A stretch of DNA of 63,862 bases, filler included, from Reclinomonas americana ATCC 50394 (lineage: Eukaryota), in NCBI GenBank assembly GCA_048213135.1. It is 15 parts of 15 records of this genome, joined end to end, with 100 filler letters (N's around TTAATTAATTAA, not from the genome) between each part and the next. Parts side by side here need not be neighbours in the genome. Positions count along the whole stretch, not along the records: positions 42,706 to 45,997 come from AFZH01022114.1; positions 46,098 to 55,062 come from AFZH01022117.1; 13 more parts are not named here. One strand, written 5' to 3'. Each line of letters starts with the position of its first letter. The stretch's first letter is position 1. The notes below the pieces were generated by a model. That model was given only the letters and a program-made list of their open reading frames with translations. It was not told the origin of the DNA and did no database searches. Position numbers and translations under genes: made by a program. Below are positions 43,186 to 52,538 of this stretch, piece by piece.

Positions 43186-45802
43186 ATGAAGCTGGAGGGC
43201 AAGACAATCATTGTGACGGGCGGCGTCTCGGGCCTGGGACTGGCGTGCGCCGAGTACTTTGCGTCGGTGGGCGCCAAGGTGGCGGCGTTCGATTTGAACG
43301 ACGAGGCCGGGAAGACCATGGAGCAGACGCTGGGCGAGAAGAGCGCGATGTATGTGAGGACCAATGTGGCCAACGAGGGTGAGCGCGGAAGGAGGAGAAA
43401 CGGTGGTGGGAGTGACTGTTGACTCATCACGCGCACCAGATTCGGTAAAGGCGGCTGTGGCGGCTGTCGTGGAGCGCTTTGGCGATATTCATGGAGTGAT
43501 CAACTGTGCGGGCATTGCTAGTGCGGAGAGAGTTGCGCGCGTGCGGGAGGGAGGGGAGGGGAGGGGTAAGGGGACTTCCTCTGTCTGCCTCTCTCTGTCT
43601 CTACCTCTGCCTTTGTTTGTGCCTCTTACTGTCTCCCTCTCTGCCTCAGTTTCTGCCTGTCTCTTTCTGTTTCTGCCTTTCGCTTTCTGTTGCTGCCTGT
43701 CTCTTTCTGTTTCTGTCTCTTTCTCTTCTCTGTCTCTCACTCTCTCTACCTCTGCCTCTTTTGTCCCTCTGTTTCTGTCTCTGCCTGTGTTTGTGCCTCT
43801 TACTCAGTCTCTCTCTCCCCATCTGGTCTCTGCCCCTCTGCCTCTGCTTCTGCCTGTCTTTTTCACTGTCTGGCCGCTGTCATTTCTCTATCTCATTCCT
43901 TTCTCTCTCCCTCTCCTCTTCCTCCTCCCCGTATTTACTTTTCTTCTTCTTCCCCGACCCGTTGTCTTCTCGATTTCTCTCCCTTTCTGCTGCTTCTACA
44001 TTACTCCCCTTGCGCGTCGTCTTCGTCCTCCTTCATCGCTTTCCTCTTTCCCCTTTTCCATTCTTCTCCACCTTCTCTTCCGCCTTTTTGATTCTCTAGT
44101 CCTCCATTCCTTTCCTCCCCTCTTTTCTTCTTCTTCCGGCCGTGTCTGATGTTTCGTTGTCGCCGCAGGTGCTCTCTCGCCGCGGTGCGCATCCGCTGCA
44201 GGTTTTCGCCAAGGTAATCGAGGTGAACGTGATTGGCACCTTCAATGTGGCGCGCCTGGTCGCCGAGCGCATGGCGCAGCAGAAGCCGTATGATGATGAT
44301 CGTGAGTGGGAAAGGGAAGTGTGGTCAAAGAGGGAGGGACCGAGAGCTGTAGGACTGGGAAGAAGCGTGATCACGAGGGCGGACAAAAGAGGCGCACAGT
44401 ATGTTGCTCATTGCAATGGCCGAGGGGAAGAGTGGTCAAAGAGGGGGGGCCACCAAGTCGCAGAGTGTGTTGCTAACTTTGAGGACTGGGGAGAAAGGAG
44501 GTCAAGAGTGAGAGACTAAGAGTCGCAGACTGTGTTGCTTAATCTTTGACAAGTTCGAGAAAGGGCCAGTAGAGATGGAGGGCCAGAGAGTCGCAGATTG
44601 TGTTGCTCTCTTTCGCGAATAAGTCGATAGACGGCCAGAAAGTCATTGAGTGTGTTGCCTTCTTTGAGAGTTGAGGGAATGGCATGTTACAAGAATAGTC
44701 GACTTGAAGGCCGGTACTCTCCTTTGAAGAGTGGGAAGGAGCTCGTCCGCCGTGGCGGCGCGCTTCAACGCAGAGTATGTGTCAGTGCATCAATGTAAGA
44801 GTTGATTGACTCACCCTTTCTTCTCTTTGCAGAGGAGCGCGGCTGCATTATCAACGTGGCCTCGGTGGCTGCCTTTGACGGTTCGTGAATGTCATTTCAC
44901 TGTATCCCACGCAGATTGACTCGTCGTTCACAATGCTCTCGATCCATGCAGGCCAGATTGGCCAGGCTGCATACTCCGCCAGCAAGGGCGGTGTCGTGGC
45001 CATGACGCTCCCGAGTTGCGGCATCTCGTACACACCGCTCTCGGCGTTCGCTCACTAACCGCGTACTGCCCCCTCAGTGGCTCGTGAGCTCGGCGCTTTC
45101 AACGGCATTCGCGTCAACACGGTGGCCCCCGGTATCATTGGTGAGCGCGAAGAAAGAGGACAGCACGTGATGGGCGAAGACTGAGAGAGAGAGAGAGAGA
45201 GAGAGAGTAGAAAGAGTGAGCAGCGATCCACGCGGGCGGACCGAACTGCGGTGGCCCTCAGCCGCCTTGCTACGGCCCGAACTGTGGCAGCCCCCAGCCG
45301 CCGTGCTACGCGTGGTGATTGAGTGAGTGACACACATGCATACAAGAGAGAGAGAGAGGAGGGAGAGTGAGCGAGTGTGTGTGTGTGTGTGAGAGAGAGA
45401 GAGTGACAGAGTGAGCAGCGATTCACGCGGGCGCGTGGTGATTCAGTGAGTGACACACCCGCAAGTGAAAGAGACAGTCTTCTTACCTATTCGCAGAGAC
45501 CCCGATGCTGTCGAAGGTTCCAGAAAAGGCGCGCGAGTCCCTGATCAAGCAGGTTTGGTGCCACCGACACGAAGCACATTGCCGAGTGCTGTTCTCATCT
45601 CCCTGTCGTTCGCAGGTCGTCTTCCCGAAGCGCCTGGGTCGCCCTGCCGAGTTCGCTCGCCTCTGCGCACACATCTTCGAGAACAGCTACCTCAATGGCG
45701 AAACCATCCGTCTGGTGCGACTCGGCTGTTGCTTGTAATCCTGTGTGCATAGCTTCTCATCCATCAATACAGGACGGCTCGGTGCGCATGGCGGCCATGT
45801 GA
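43186..45802 (+). CDS. HSD17B10: 3-hydroxyacyl-CoA dehydrogenase type 2 (SDR5C1) orthologue, 9 coding exons
   Basis: [90 protein letters not shown]; all 8 introns restore frame. Confidence 0.93.
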
Positions 45803-46097
45803 GGTGGCCACTACTGCGTGCGGCGGTGGCGCTTGTCCAGTGCGTAGACACTCTCACAATCCACCTCAATAATACACAAGTCGCAAGAGGCGCCGACGGA
45901 ATATTGAAGGGGCATGTGCGGGCAGGAGACGCAGAGAGAGTCGCCATCTGGATTGCTCCCCGCTCTCTCTCGTTGATCGATCGCTCCCGCGCGCTCTNNN
46001 NNNNNNNNNNNNNNNNNNNNNNNNNNNNNNNNNNNNNNNNNTTAATTAATTAANNNNNNNNNNNNNNNNNNNNNNNNNNNNNNNNNNNNNNNNNNNN

Positions 46098-46419
46098 ATC
46101 GTCGTCGTCGTCCTCCTCGTCATCGTCGATGACGGCCACCACGGACACCATGATGAACAGCACGGGCACAACGGTGCACGACGACCTCACGGAGGATCTG
46201 GTGGTGCACACGGCCGCCGGCAGCGTGGCCGTGCCGTGCTCGCCCACGTCGTCGTCATCGTCGTCGTCGGCCTCCTCGGCGGCCTCGTCAGTGGCCACCA
46301 CCATTGTGGCCACGGTGGCCGTGTATGAGCCGGTGCTGTCGCTGGATCGCAAGCTAATGGCGTCGCCCGAGGTGCAGAGATCACAACCGGCGGTGCCTCT
46401 GCGACCGAAGGACGTGTGA
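46098..46419 (+). CDS. 3' terminal coding fragment of an unidentified gene (upstream part hidden in gap)
   Basis: GC3-rich open frame from the gap edge to TGA at 46417-46419; Ser/Thr-rich, no recognisable domain. Confidence 0.45.
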
Positions 46420-46614
46420 GGTGAAAAATGAGAAACACAAATTAGGATAATGCAGAGTGTGTGTGTGGCAAGGGAGAGGCGCAGAGGGAGAAGGAGAGGG
46501 ACTGAGTGGTGTTGCAGCAGCGGAGTGCTTCATAAACAGAGAAAAATGTGTGTGTGCATTGTGGGGTGTGGGGTCTTGCTTTGCATGTGCCGTGGATGAG
46601 GGAGAGAGCAAGTG

Positions 46615-47164
46615 CGACGGCCGACGGTCAGCGCATCGTGAGTGGAGATACTGATGACTCAGTGTGTCGGTGGTCACTTTTTGAGTGGAGCTCAAGTGCG
46701 GCAGTTGGAGGGACACACGAGAGCTATGCTCTCTGTCGCTGTCACTGCCGACGGACAACACGTCGTGAGCGGCACTCGTGACTGCACTGTGCGAGTGTGG
46801 TCGCTGGCGAGTGGTGAGGAAGTGCGACGATAATCCGGAGCTATGGATTGCACAGTGCGAGTGTGGTCGATGGCAACTGGGGAGGAAGTGCGCAGGTTGG
46901 AGGGACGCAATTGATGAAGTGCGTCACAGTCGATCAGAGACCTGGTGACTGTAGGTCATGTTTTGTCCACCCTGTGGCCTTGCTTGGTGGGAGCTGGAGT
47001 ATGCGCGTGTGGCCAGGCAGGCTGTACGGGAGATGCAGCAAAAGCGGGCACGGGTGAGCGTTGAGTCTCAGTGCCTGCCAGAGATGGTGCTCCGGTGCTT
47101 CATTGTGGAGGATGCAGACGTGGTGCTGCACCGTTGCTGCATTAATCCCGCGGTGTGCCTGTGA
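46615..47164 (+). pseudogene. Decayed member of the tandem WD40 array (copy 0)
   Basis: WD40 fragments with a frameshift (~46680), in-frame stops (46831, ~46912) and internal deletions; no MTST start; the family tail PCGLAWWELE...CLPEMVLRCFIVED is retained. Confidence 0.88.
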
Positions 47165-47384
47165 CCTGGTGCGGGAAGATGCAGGATGCAAGCAGTTGTG
47201 ATGGTTCCTTGTTCAGCATGAGCATGAAAGCCAGCGCCTGTGCACTTCGATTGAACCAGCGTCGACTTCATGTCACGAAGGACATCCAAATTCCGACCAA
47301 ATCGCTCTCTTCCTCGCTCTCACGAACGCACAGTTGCCTTGTCTCTCTCCCTCTCTCCCTCTCTCTCTCCCTCTCTCTCATCTC

Positions 47385-48470
47385 ATGACCTCCACCACCC
47401 CTCTCTTCGTCTGCAAGTCTCTGCTCAGACACGAGAGTACAACACGGTCTGTGACCTTCACTTCCGATGGCCAGCACATCATCAGTGGAAGTGATGACAG
47501 CAGAATGAGAGTGTGGTCTGTCGCGAGTGGAGAAGAACTCCGACGATTGGAGGGACACACTGGTCCAGTGCACTCTGTCGTCGTCACACCCGATGGCCAA
47601 CACGCTGTGAGTGGCAGCTGGGACCGCACAGTTCGTGTGTGGTCGCTGACGAGTGGAGAAGAAGTACGTCGGTTGGAGGGGCACACAGCTGCTGTGGAGT
47701 ATGTCACCGTCACTTCCGATGGCGGTCATATCGTCAGCGGCGGTTTGTACTGCACAGTTCGAGTGTGGTCACTGGCAAGTAGTCGAAAGCAAGTTCGTGT
47801 GTTAAAGGGATACGAACGCGGAGTGAACTCGCTCGCCGTCACGAGCGATGGCGAGCGCATTGTGAGTGGGGCAATGGACGAGTTCGTGTGCGTGCGGTCA
47901 CTGGAGAGTGGGGAGGAGGTACGACGCTTGAAGGGGCACACCAATGGCGTTCTGTCAGTCGCCGTCACCGTCGATGGGTTGCACGTGGTGAGTGGCGGCA
48001 TGGACTGCACAGTGCGAGTGTGGTCACTGGCGAGTGGAGAAGAGGTGCACCGACTCGAGGGGCACGCGGATTGGGTGTGGTCGGTGGCCGTCGCTCCCGA
48101 TGGTCGCCACGTTGTGAGTGGCTCCATGGACAAGACAGTGCGGGTGTGGTCGATGGAGAGTGGGGATGAAGTGCGCCGATTGGAGGGGCACACTGCAGGC
48201 GTGTGGTCTGTAGCCGTCTCCCCCGATGGTCAGCATATTGTGAGTGGAGGTCGTGACAGAACGGTGCGGGTTTGGTCGACGCCGTGTGGCCTCGCTCGGG
48301 GGGAACTGGAAACGGCGCGAGCAGCCATGCAGGCTGTGCAGCAGATGCAGCGAGAAGGAGAAGAAGATGACTCGCGATGCCTGCCAGAGATGGTGCTCCG
48401 GTGCTTCATTGTGGAGGATGCGGGCGTGGTGCTGCATCGTTCCTTTGTCGATCCCGCGTTGTGCCTGTGA
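47385..48470 (+). CDS. Intronless 7xWD40 protein with conserved C-terminal tail, array copy 1 (361 aa)
   Basis: ATG MTSTTPLF; seven repeats of EEVRRLEGH..V.SVAVTPDG.HIVSG..D.TVRVWSL.SG type; tail ...CLPEMVLRCFIVEDAG. Confidence 0.92.
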   Translation: MTSTTPLFVCKSLLRHESTTRSVTFTSDGQHIISGSDDSRMRVWSVASGEELRRLEGHTGPVHSVVVTPDGQHAVSGSWDRTVRVWSLTSGEEVRRLEGHTAAVEYVTVTSDGGHIVSGGLYCTVRVWSLASSRKQVRVLKGYERGVNSLAVTSDGERIVSGAMDEFVCVRSLESGEEVRRLKGHTNGVLSVAVTVDGLHVVSGGMDCTVRVWSLASGEEVHRLEGHADWVWSVAVAPDGRHVVSGSMDKTVRVWSMESGDEVRRLEGHTAGVWSVAVSPDGQHIVSGGRDRTVRVWSTPCGLARGELETARAAMQAVQQMQREGEEDDSRCLPEMVLRCFIVEDAGVVLHRSFVDPALCL

Positions 48471-48640
48471 TCCGAGGCGTAGGAAGGACAGTGTGCACAA
48501 TTCAGCTGTGTGCCGCAACTCAGTATCGTTGTTGGGTGCAAGTTGCGCTTGTGATCTGAGGCGTGGAAAGAAACAGAGTGCAGAATAAAGCAGTTGGATT
48601 GGTTCCTTGTCGCATGAATACCAGCGCCTGTTCAGCCAGC

Positions 48641-48680
48641 GCGATCCTCCATTGCCGACTTCATGTCACGAAGGACATCA
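48641..48680 (+). promoter_or_regulatory. Conserved upstream element of WD40 array genes (also ~47261, 49899, 51176, 52429)
   Basis: GCGATCCTCCATTG(T/C)CGACTTCA...AGGACATC precedes each intact copy by ~70-125 nt (only the GTCGACTTCA...GGACATC part before copy 1), followed by a pyrimidine tract and ATGACCTCCAC. Confidence 0.6.
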
Positions 48681-48751
48681 ACACACATTCTGTCGTCTCA
48701 CGCGCACGCCCCTTACTTGCGCCTTCCCTCCTCCTCGTCTCTCTCTTTCCA

Positions 48752-49837
48752 ATGACCTCCACCACCCCTCTCTTCATCCGCAAGACTCTCCTCGGACACA
48801 GTGCGGCAATCAGTGCTGTTGCTGTCACACCCGACGGGCAACACATTGTGAGTGGCGGCACTGACGAGACAACGCGAGTGTGGTCGCTGACGACGAGTGG
48901 CAAAGAGGTGCGCTGCCTGCGCACAACCTCAGTGCGGCGTGTCGCCATCACTCCCGATGCGCAACACATTGTGAGTGGCGGAATGGACAAATCCGTGCGA
49001 GTGTGGTCCCTGGAGAGTGGGAGAGAGGTGCGGCGACTGGAGGGACACACCAGCTGGGTAATGTCTGTCACCGTCACTCCCGACGGGCGTCACATTGTGA
49101 GCGGCGGCATGGACAAGACCGTGCGAGTGTGGTCACGGGCGAGCGGAAAGCAAGTGCGGCTGTTGGAGGGACACAGTGGAGGAGTGAACCGTGTTGTTGT
49201 CACGCCCGATGGGAAGCGCATCGTGAGTGGCGGTGCTGACTGGTCAGTGCGGGTGTGGTCAATGACGAATGGTGCGGAAGAGCTGTGTTTGGAGGGACAC
49301 AGTGATGCAGTGCTGTCTGTTGCCGTCAATGGACAGCATGTTGTGAGCGGCAGTCGTGACGGCACTGTGCGAGTGTGGTCGCTGGCGAGCGGAGAAGAAG
49401 TGCGGCGGTTGGAGGGACACACCACCTATTGGGTGTGGTCGGTGGCCGTCACACCCGACAGTCGCCACATTGTGAGTGGCGTTATGGACTGCACAGTGCG
49501 AGTGTGGTCGATGGAGAGTGGGGATGAAGTGCGCCGATTGGAGGGGCACACTGCAGGAGTGTGGTCTGTAGCGGTCTCCCCCGACGGGCAGCATATTGTG
49601 AGTGGAGGTCGTGACAACATCGTGCGAGTGTGGTCGACGCCGTGTGGCCTCGCTCGGTGGGAGCTGGAGACGGCGCGAGCAGCCATGCAGGCTGTGCAGC
49701 AGATGCAGCATGAAGGAGAAGAGGATGAGGAACGAGACTCGCGATGCCTGCCAGAGATGGTGCTGCGGTGTTTCATCGTGGAGGAGGCAGGAGTGGTGCT
49801 TCATCGTTCCTTTGTCGATCCTGAGTTGCGCCTGTGA
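48752..49837 (+). CDS. Intronless 7xWD40 protein with conserved C-terminal tail, array copy 2 (361 aa)
   Basis: Same start peptide, seven repeats and tail; uninterrupted ORF. Confidence 0.92.
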   Translation: MTSTTPLFIRKTLLGHSAAISAVAVTPDGQHIVSGGTDETTRVWSLTTSGKEVRCLRTTSVRRVAITPDAQHIVSGGMDKSVRVWSLESGREVRRLEGHTSWVMSVTVTPDGRHIVSGGMDKTVRVWSRASGKQVRLLEGHSGGVNRVVVTPDGKRIVSGGADWSVRVWSMTNGAEELCLEGHSDAVLSVAVNGQHVVSGSRDGTVRVWSLASGEEVRRLEGHTTYWVWSVAVTPDSRHIVSGVMDCTVRVWSMESGDEVRRLEGHTAGVWSVAVSPDGQHIVSGGRDNIVRVWSTPCGLARWELETARAAMQAVQQMQHEGEEDEERDSRCLPEMVLRCFIVEEAGVVLHRSFVDPELRL

Positions 49838-50020
49838 GTTGTGTCATGAAAGTGTACAATGAAAACAGCTGAGGGAATGGGAGAAGGAGAAAGACAGCGC
49901 GATCCTCCATTGTCGACTTCAGCGTCGCGTGTCACAAAGGACATCAAACGCATTCACACACACGTCTCTCGCGCTTGCACACACTCCTGTTCTCTCTCTT
50001 CTTGTTCTCTTTCTCTTCCG

Positions 50021-51124
50021 ATGACCTCCACGGCCCCTGTCTTTGTCGGCAAGACTCTCCGTCGTCATCACGTCGGCGAGATGTACGCCACCGCCATCAC
50101 TCCCGACGACAAGTACATGTGCTGTTGTCACATCACTGCGATACGAGTGTGTTGCCTTGCCAGCGGCCGTGAGGTTCGCCTTATTGAAGGACACACCAGT
50201 TGGGTGTGGTCGATAGCCATTACTCCCGATGGTCGACACGTGGTGAGTGGGAGCAGCGACAAGACGGTGCGAGTGTGGTCGCTGGAGAGTGGAGAGGAAG
50301 TGCGACGACTGGAGGCGCACACCGGCACCGTCATGTCGGTCGCCGTCACCCCCGATGGTCGTCACATCGTCAGCAGTGGCACGGACAAGACGGTGCGAGT
50401 GTGGTCACTGGCGAGAGGCGAAGGAGTGAGACGACTGGAGGGACACACTGGGTGGATTCCTTCTGTGGCTGTCACGCCGGATGGGCTTCACGTTGTGAGT
50501 GGCAGTATGGACTGGACTGTGCGAGTGTGGTCACTGGCGAGTGGCGAGGAGGTGCGGCGATTGGAAGGTCACCACGCGTGTCCAGTCACCTGTGTCGCGG
50601 TCACTCCCGACGGCAAGCACGTTGTGAGTGGCAGCACGGATACGACACTGTGTGTGTGGCCTCTGGCGGCTGATGCGCATGAGGAGGTGCGGCGATTGGA
50701 GGGACACGCCGACTGGGTGCTCTCTGTGGTCGTGACTGGCGATGGACTGCACGTGGTGAGTGGGAGCAAGGATTTGACGATTCGTGTGTGGTCTCTTGCG
50801 AGTGGCGAGGAGGTGCGACGGCTGGTCGAGGGTCATACTTCTTCGGTGATGCACGTCTCTGTTGCGCTCGACGGGCAGCACATTGTGAGTGGAGGTAGTG
50901 ACGGGACGATGCGTGTCTGGTCGACAACGTGTGGCCTCGCTCGGTGGGAGCTGGAGACGGCGCGAGCGGCCATGCAGGCTGTGCAGCAGATGCAGCGAGA
51001 AGGAGAAGAGGATGAGGAACGAGACTCGCGTTGCCTGCCAGAGATGGTGCTGCGGTGTTTCATCGTGGAGGAAGCAGGAGTGGTGCTTCATCGTTGCTGC
51101 GTGGATCCCGAGTTGCGCCTGTGA
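50021..51124 (+). CDS. Intronless 7xWD40 protein with conserved C-terminal tail, array copy 3 (367 aa)
   Basis: MTSTAPVF start; divergent first blade; small in-frame insertions; same tail. Confidence 0.92.
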   Translation: MTSTAPVFVGKTLRRHHVGEMYATAITPDDKYMCCCHITAIRVCCLASGREVRLIEGHTSWVWSIAITPDGRHVVSGSSDKTVRVWSLESGEEVRRLEAHTGTVMSVAVTPDGRHIVSSGTDKTVRVWSLARGEGVRRLEGHTGWIPSVAVTPDGLHVVSGSMDWTVRVWSLASGEEVRRLEGHHACPVTCVAVTPDGKHVVSGSTDTTLCVWPLAADAHEEVRRLEGHADWVLSVVVTGDGLHVVSGSKDLTIRVWSLASGEEVRRLVEGHTSSVMHVSVALDGQHIVSGGSDGTMRVWSTTCGLARWELETARAAMQAVQQMQREGEEDEERDSRCLPEMVLRCFIVEEAGVVLHRCCVDPELRL

Positions 51125-51282
51125 GCTGTGGCATGAGAATAGATAATAAAGGCAAGTGAGTAGGAGAAAGACATTGCGATCCTCCATTGTCGACTTCAGC
51201 GTCGCCTGGCGGGCAGGACATCAAACACTCGTCTTCGTCCTCGTCTCTCTCACGCACTCACTTGCCTGCTCCCTCTATTCCA

Positions 51283-52377
51283 ATGACCTCCACTACAGCC
51301 CCTCTCTTCATCTGCAAGACTCTTCTCGGAAACGCAGATGCTGTGCGTTCTGTCGCCATCACTCCCGATGGCCAACACATCATCAGCGGTGGTGATGACA
51401 GGAGAGTGCGAGTGAGGTCCCTCGCGAGTGGAGAAGAAGTACGACGACTGGAGGGACACACTGGCTGGGTGATGGCAGTGGCCGTCACTCCCGATGGTCA
51501 TCACATCATCAGTGGCAACTATGACAGCACAATTCGTGTGTGGTCGCTGGCGAGCGGAGAACAAGTGCGGCAGTTGGAGGGACACACCGCTGCGGTGCAG
51601 AGTGTCGCCGTCACTCCCAATGGTGAGCACATTGTTAGTGGCAGCTGGGACTACACGGTGCGAGTGTGGTCACTGGCGACTGGCAACGAAGTCCTGCGAT
51701 TGGAGGGGCACTTCAATTGGGTGACGTCAGTCGCTGTTACGCCCAATGGTCAGCACATCGTGAGTGGGAGTCAAGACAGTACGGTGCGTGTATGGTCACT
51801 TGCGAGTGGTGCGGAAGAGCTGCGATTGGACACAGGCAGTTGGTATGTGAGGTCAGTCGCCGTCACTCCCGACGGTCGGCACATTGTGGGCGGTAGTCAA
51901 GACAACAGAGTGCGAGTGTTGTCATTGGCGAGTGGAGAAAAGGTGCGGCGGTTGGAGGGACACACCGATTGGGTGTGGTCGGTGGCCGTCACTCACGATG
52001 GTCAGCACGTGGTCAGCGGCGGTACGGACTTCACAGTGCGAGTGTGGTCGATGGAGAGTGGGGAGGAGGTGCAGCGATTAGAGGGGCACACTCAGGGAGT
52101 GCGATCTGTTGCCGTCTCCCCCGATGGTCAGCACGTGGTGAGCGGTGGTCGTGACGGGACGATGCGTGTGTGGTCCACGCCGTGTGGCCTCGCTCGCTGG
52201 GAACTGAAGACGGCGCGAGCAGCGATGCAGGATGTGCAGGAGATGCAGCGAGAAGGAGAAGAGGATGAGGAACGAGACTCGCGATGCCTGCCAGAGATGG
52301 TGCTGCGGTGTTTCATCGTGGAGGAGGCAGGAGTGGTACTGCATCGTTGCTGCGTGGATCCCTCGTTGCGCCTGTGA
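51283..52377 (+). CDS. Intronless 7xWD40 protein with conserved C-terminal tail, array copy 4 (364 aa)
   Basis: MTSTTAPLF start; seven repeats; same tail; AATAAA just downstream (~52398). Confidence 0.92.
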   Translation: MTSTTAPLFICKTLLGNADAVRSVAITPDGQHIISGGDDRRVRVRSLASGEEVRRLEGHTGWVMAVAVTPDGHHIISGNYDSTIRVWSLASGEQVRQLEGHTAAVQSVAVTPNGEHIVSGSWDYTVRVWSLATGNEVLRLEGHFNWVTSVAVTPNGQHIVSGSQDSTVRVWSLASGAEELRLDTGSWYVRSVAVTPDGRHIVGGSQDNRVRVLSLASGEKVRRLEGHTDWVWSVAVTHDGQHVVSGGTDFTVRVWSMESGEEVQRLEGHTQGVRSVAVSPDGQHVVSGGRDGTMRVWSTPCGLARWELKTARAAMQDVQEMQREGEEDEERDSRCLPEMVLRCFIVEEAGVVLHRCCVDPSLRL

Positions 52378-52538
52378 GTTGTGTCACGAGAGTAGACAAT
52401 AAAGGCAAGTGAGTAGGAGAAAGACAGCGCGATCCTCCATTGTCGACTTCAGTGTCGCCTGGCGGGCAGGACATCAAACACTCTCAGTCTTCGTCCTCGT
52501 CTCTCTCACGCACTCACTTACCTGCTCTCTCTATTCCA

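Noticed and set aside
49833..52380. Stops of WD40 copies 2-4 overlap donor-like GTGAG(T/C), suggesting protocadherin-style splicing of variable exons to a shared constant region
   Set aside because: Copy 5 keeps the TGA but lacks the GT, copies 0 and 1 have weak donors, and AATAAA follows most copies, so the stop is the conserved feature. RNA-seq could still test it.
47334..52538. Upstream extensions of WD40 ORFs shown in the ORF track
   Set aside because: They start at non-ATG codons and are not conserved between copies; the conserved ATG is at MTST.
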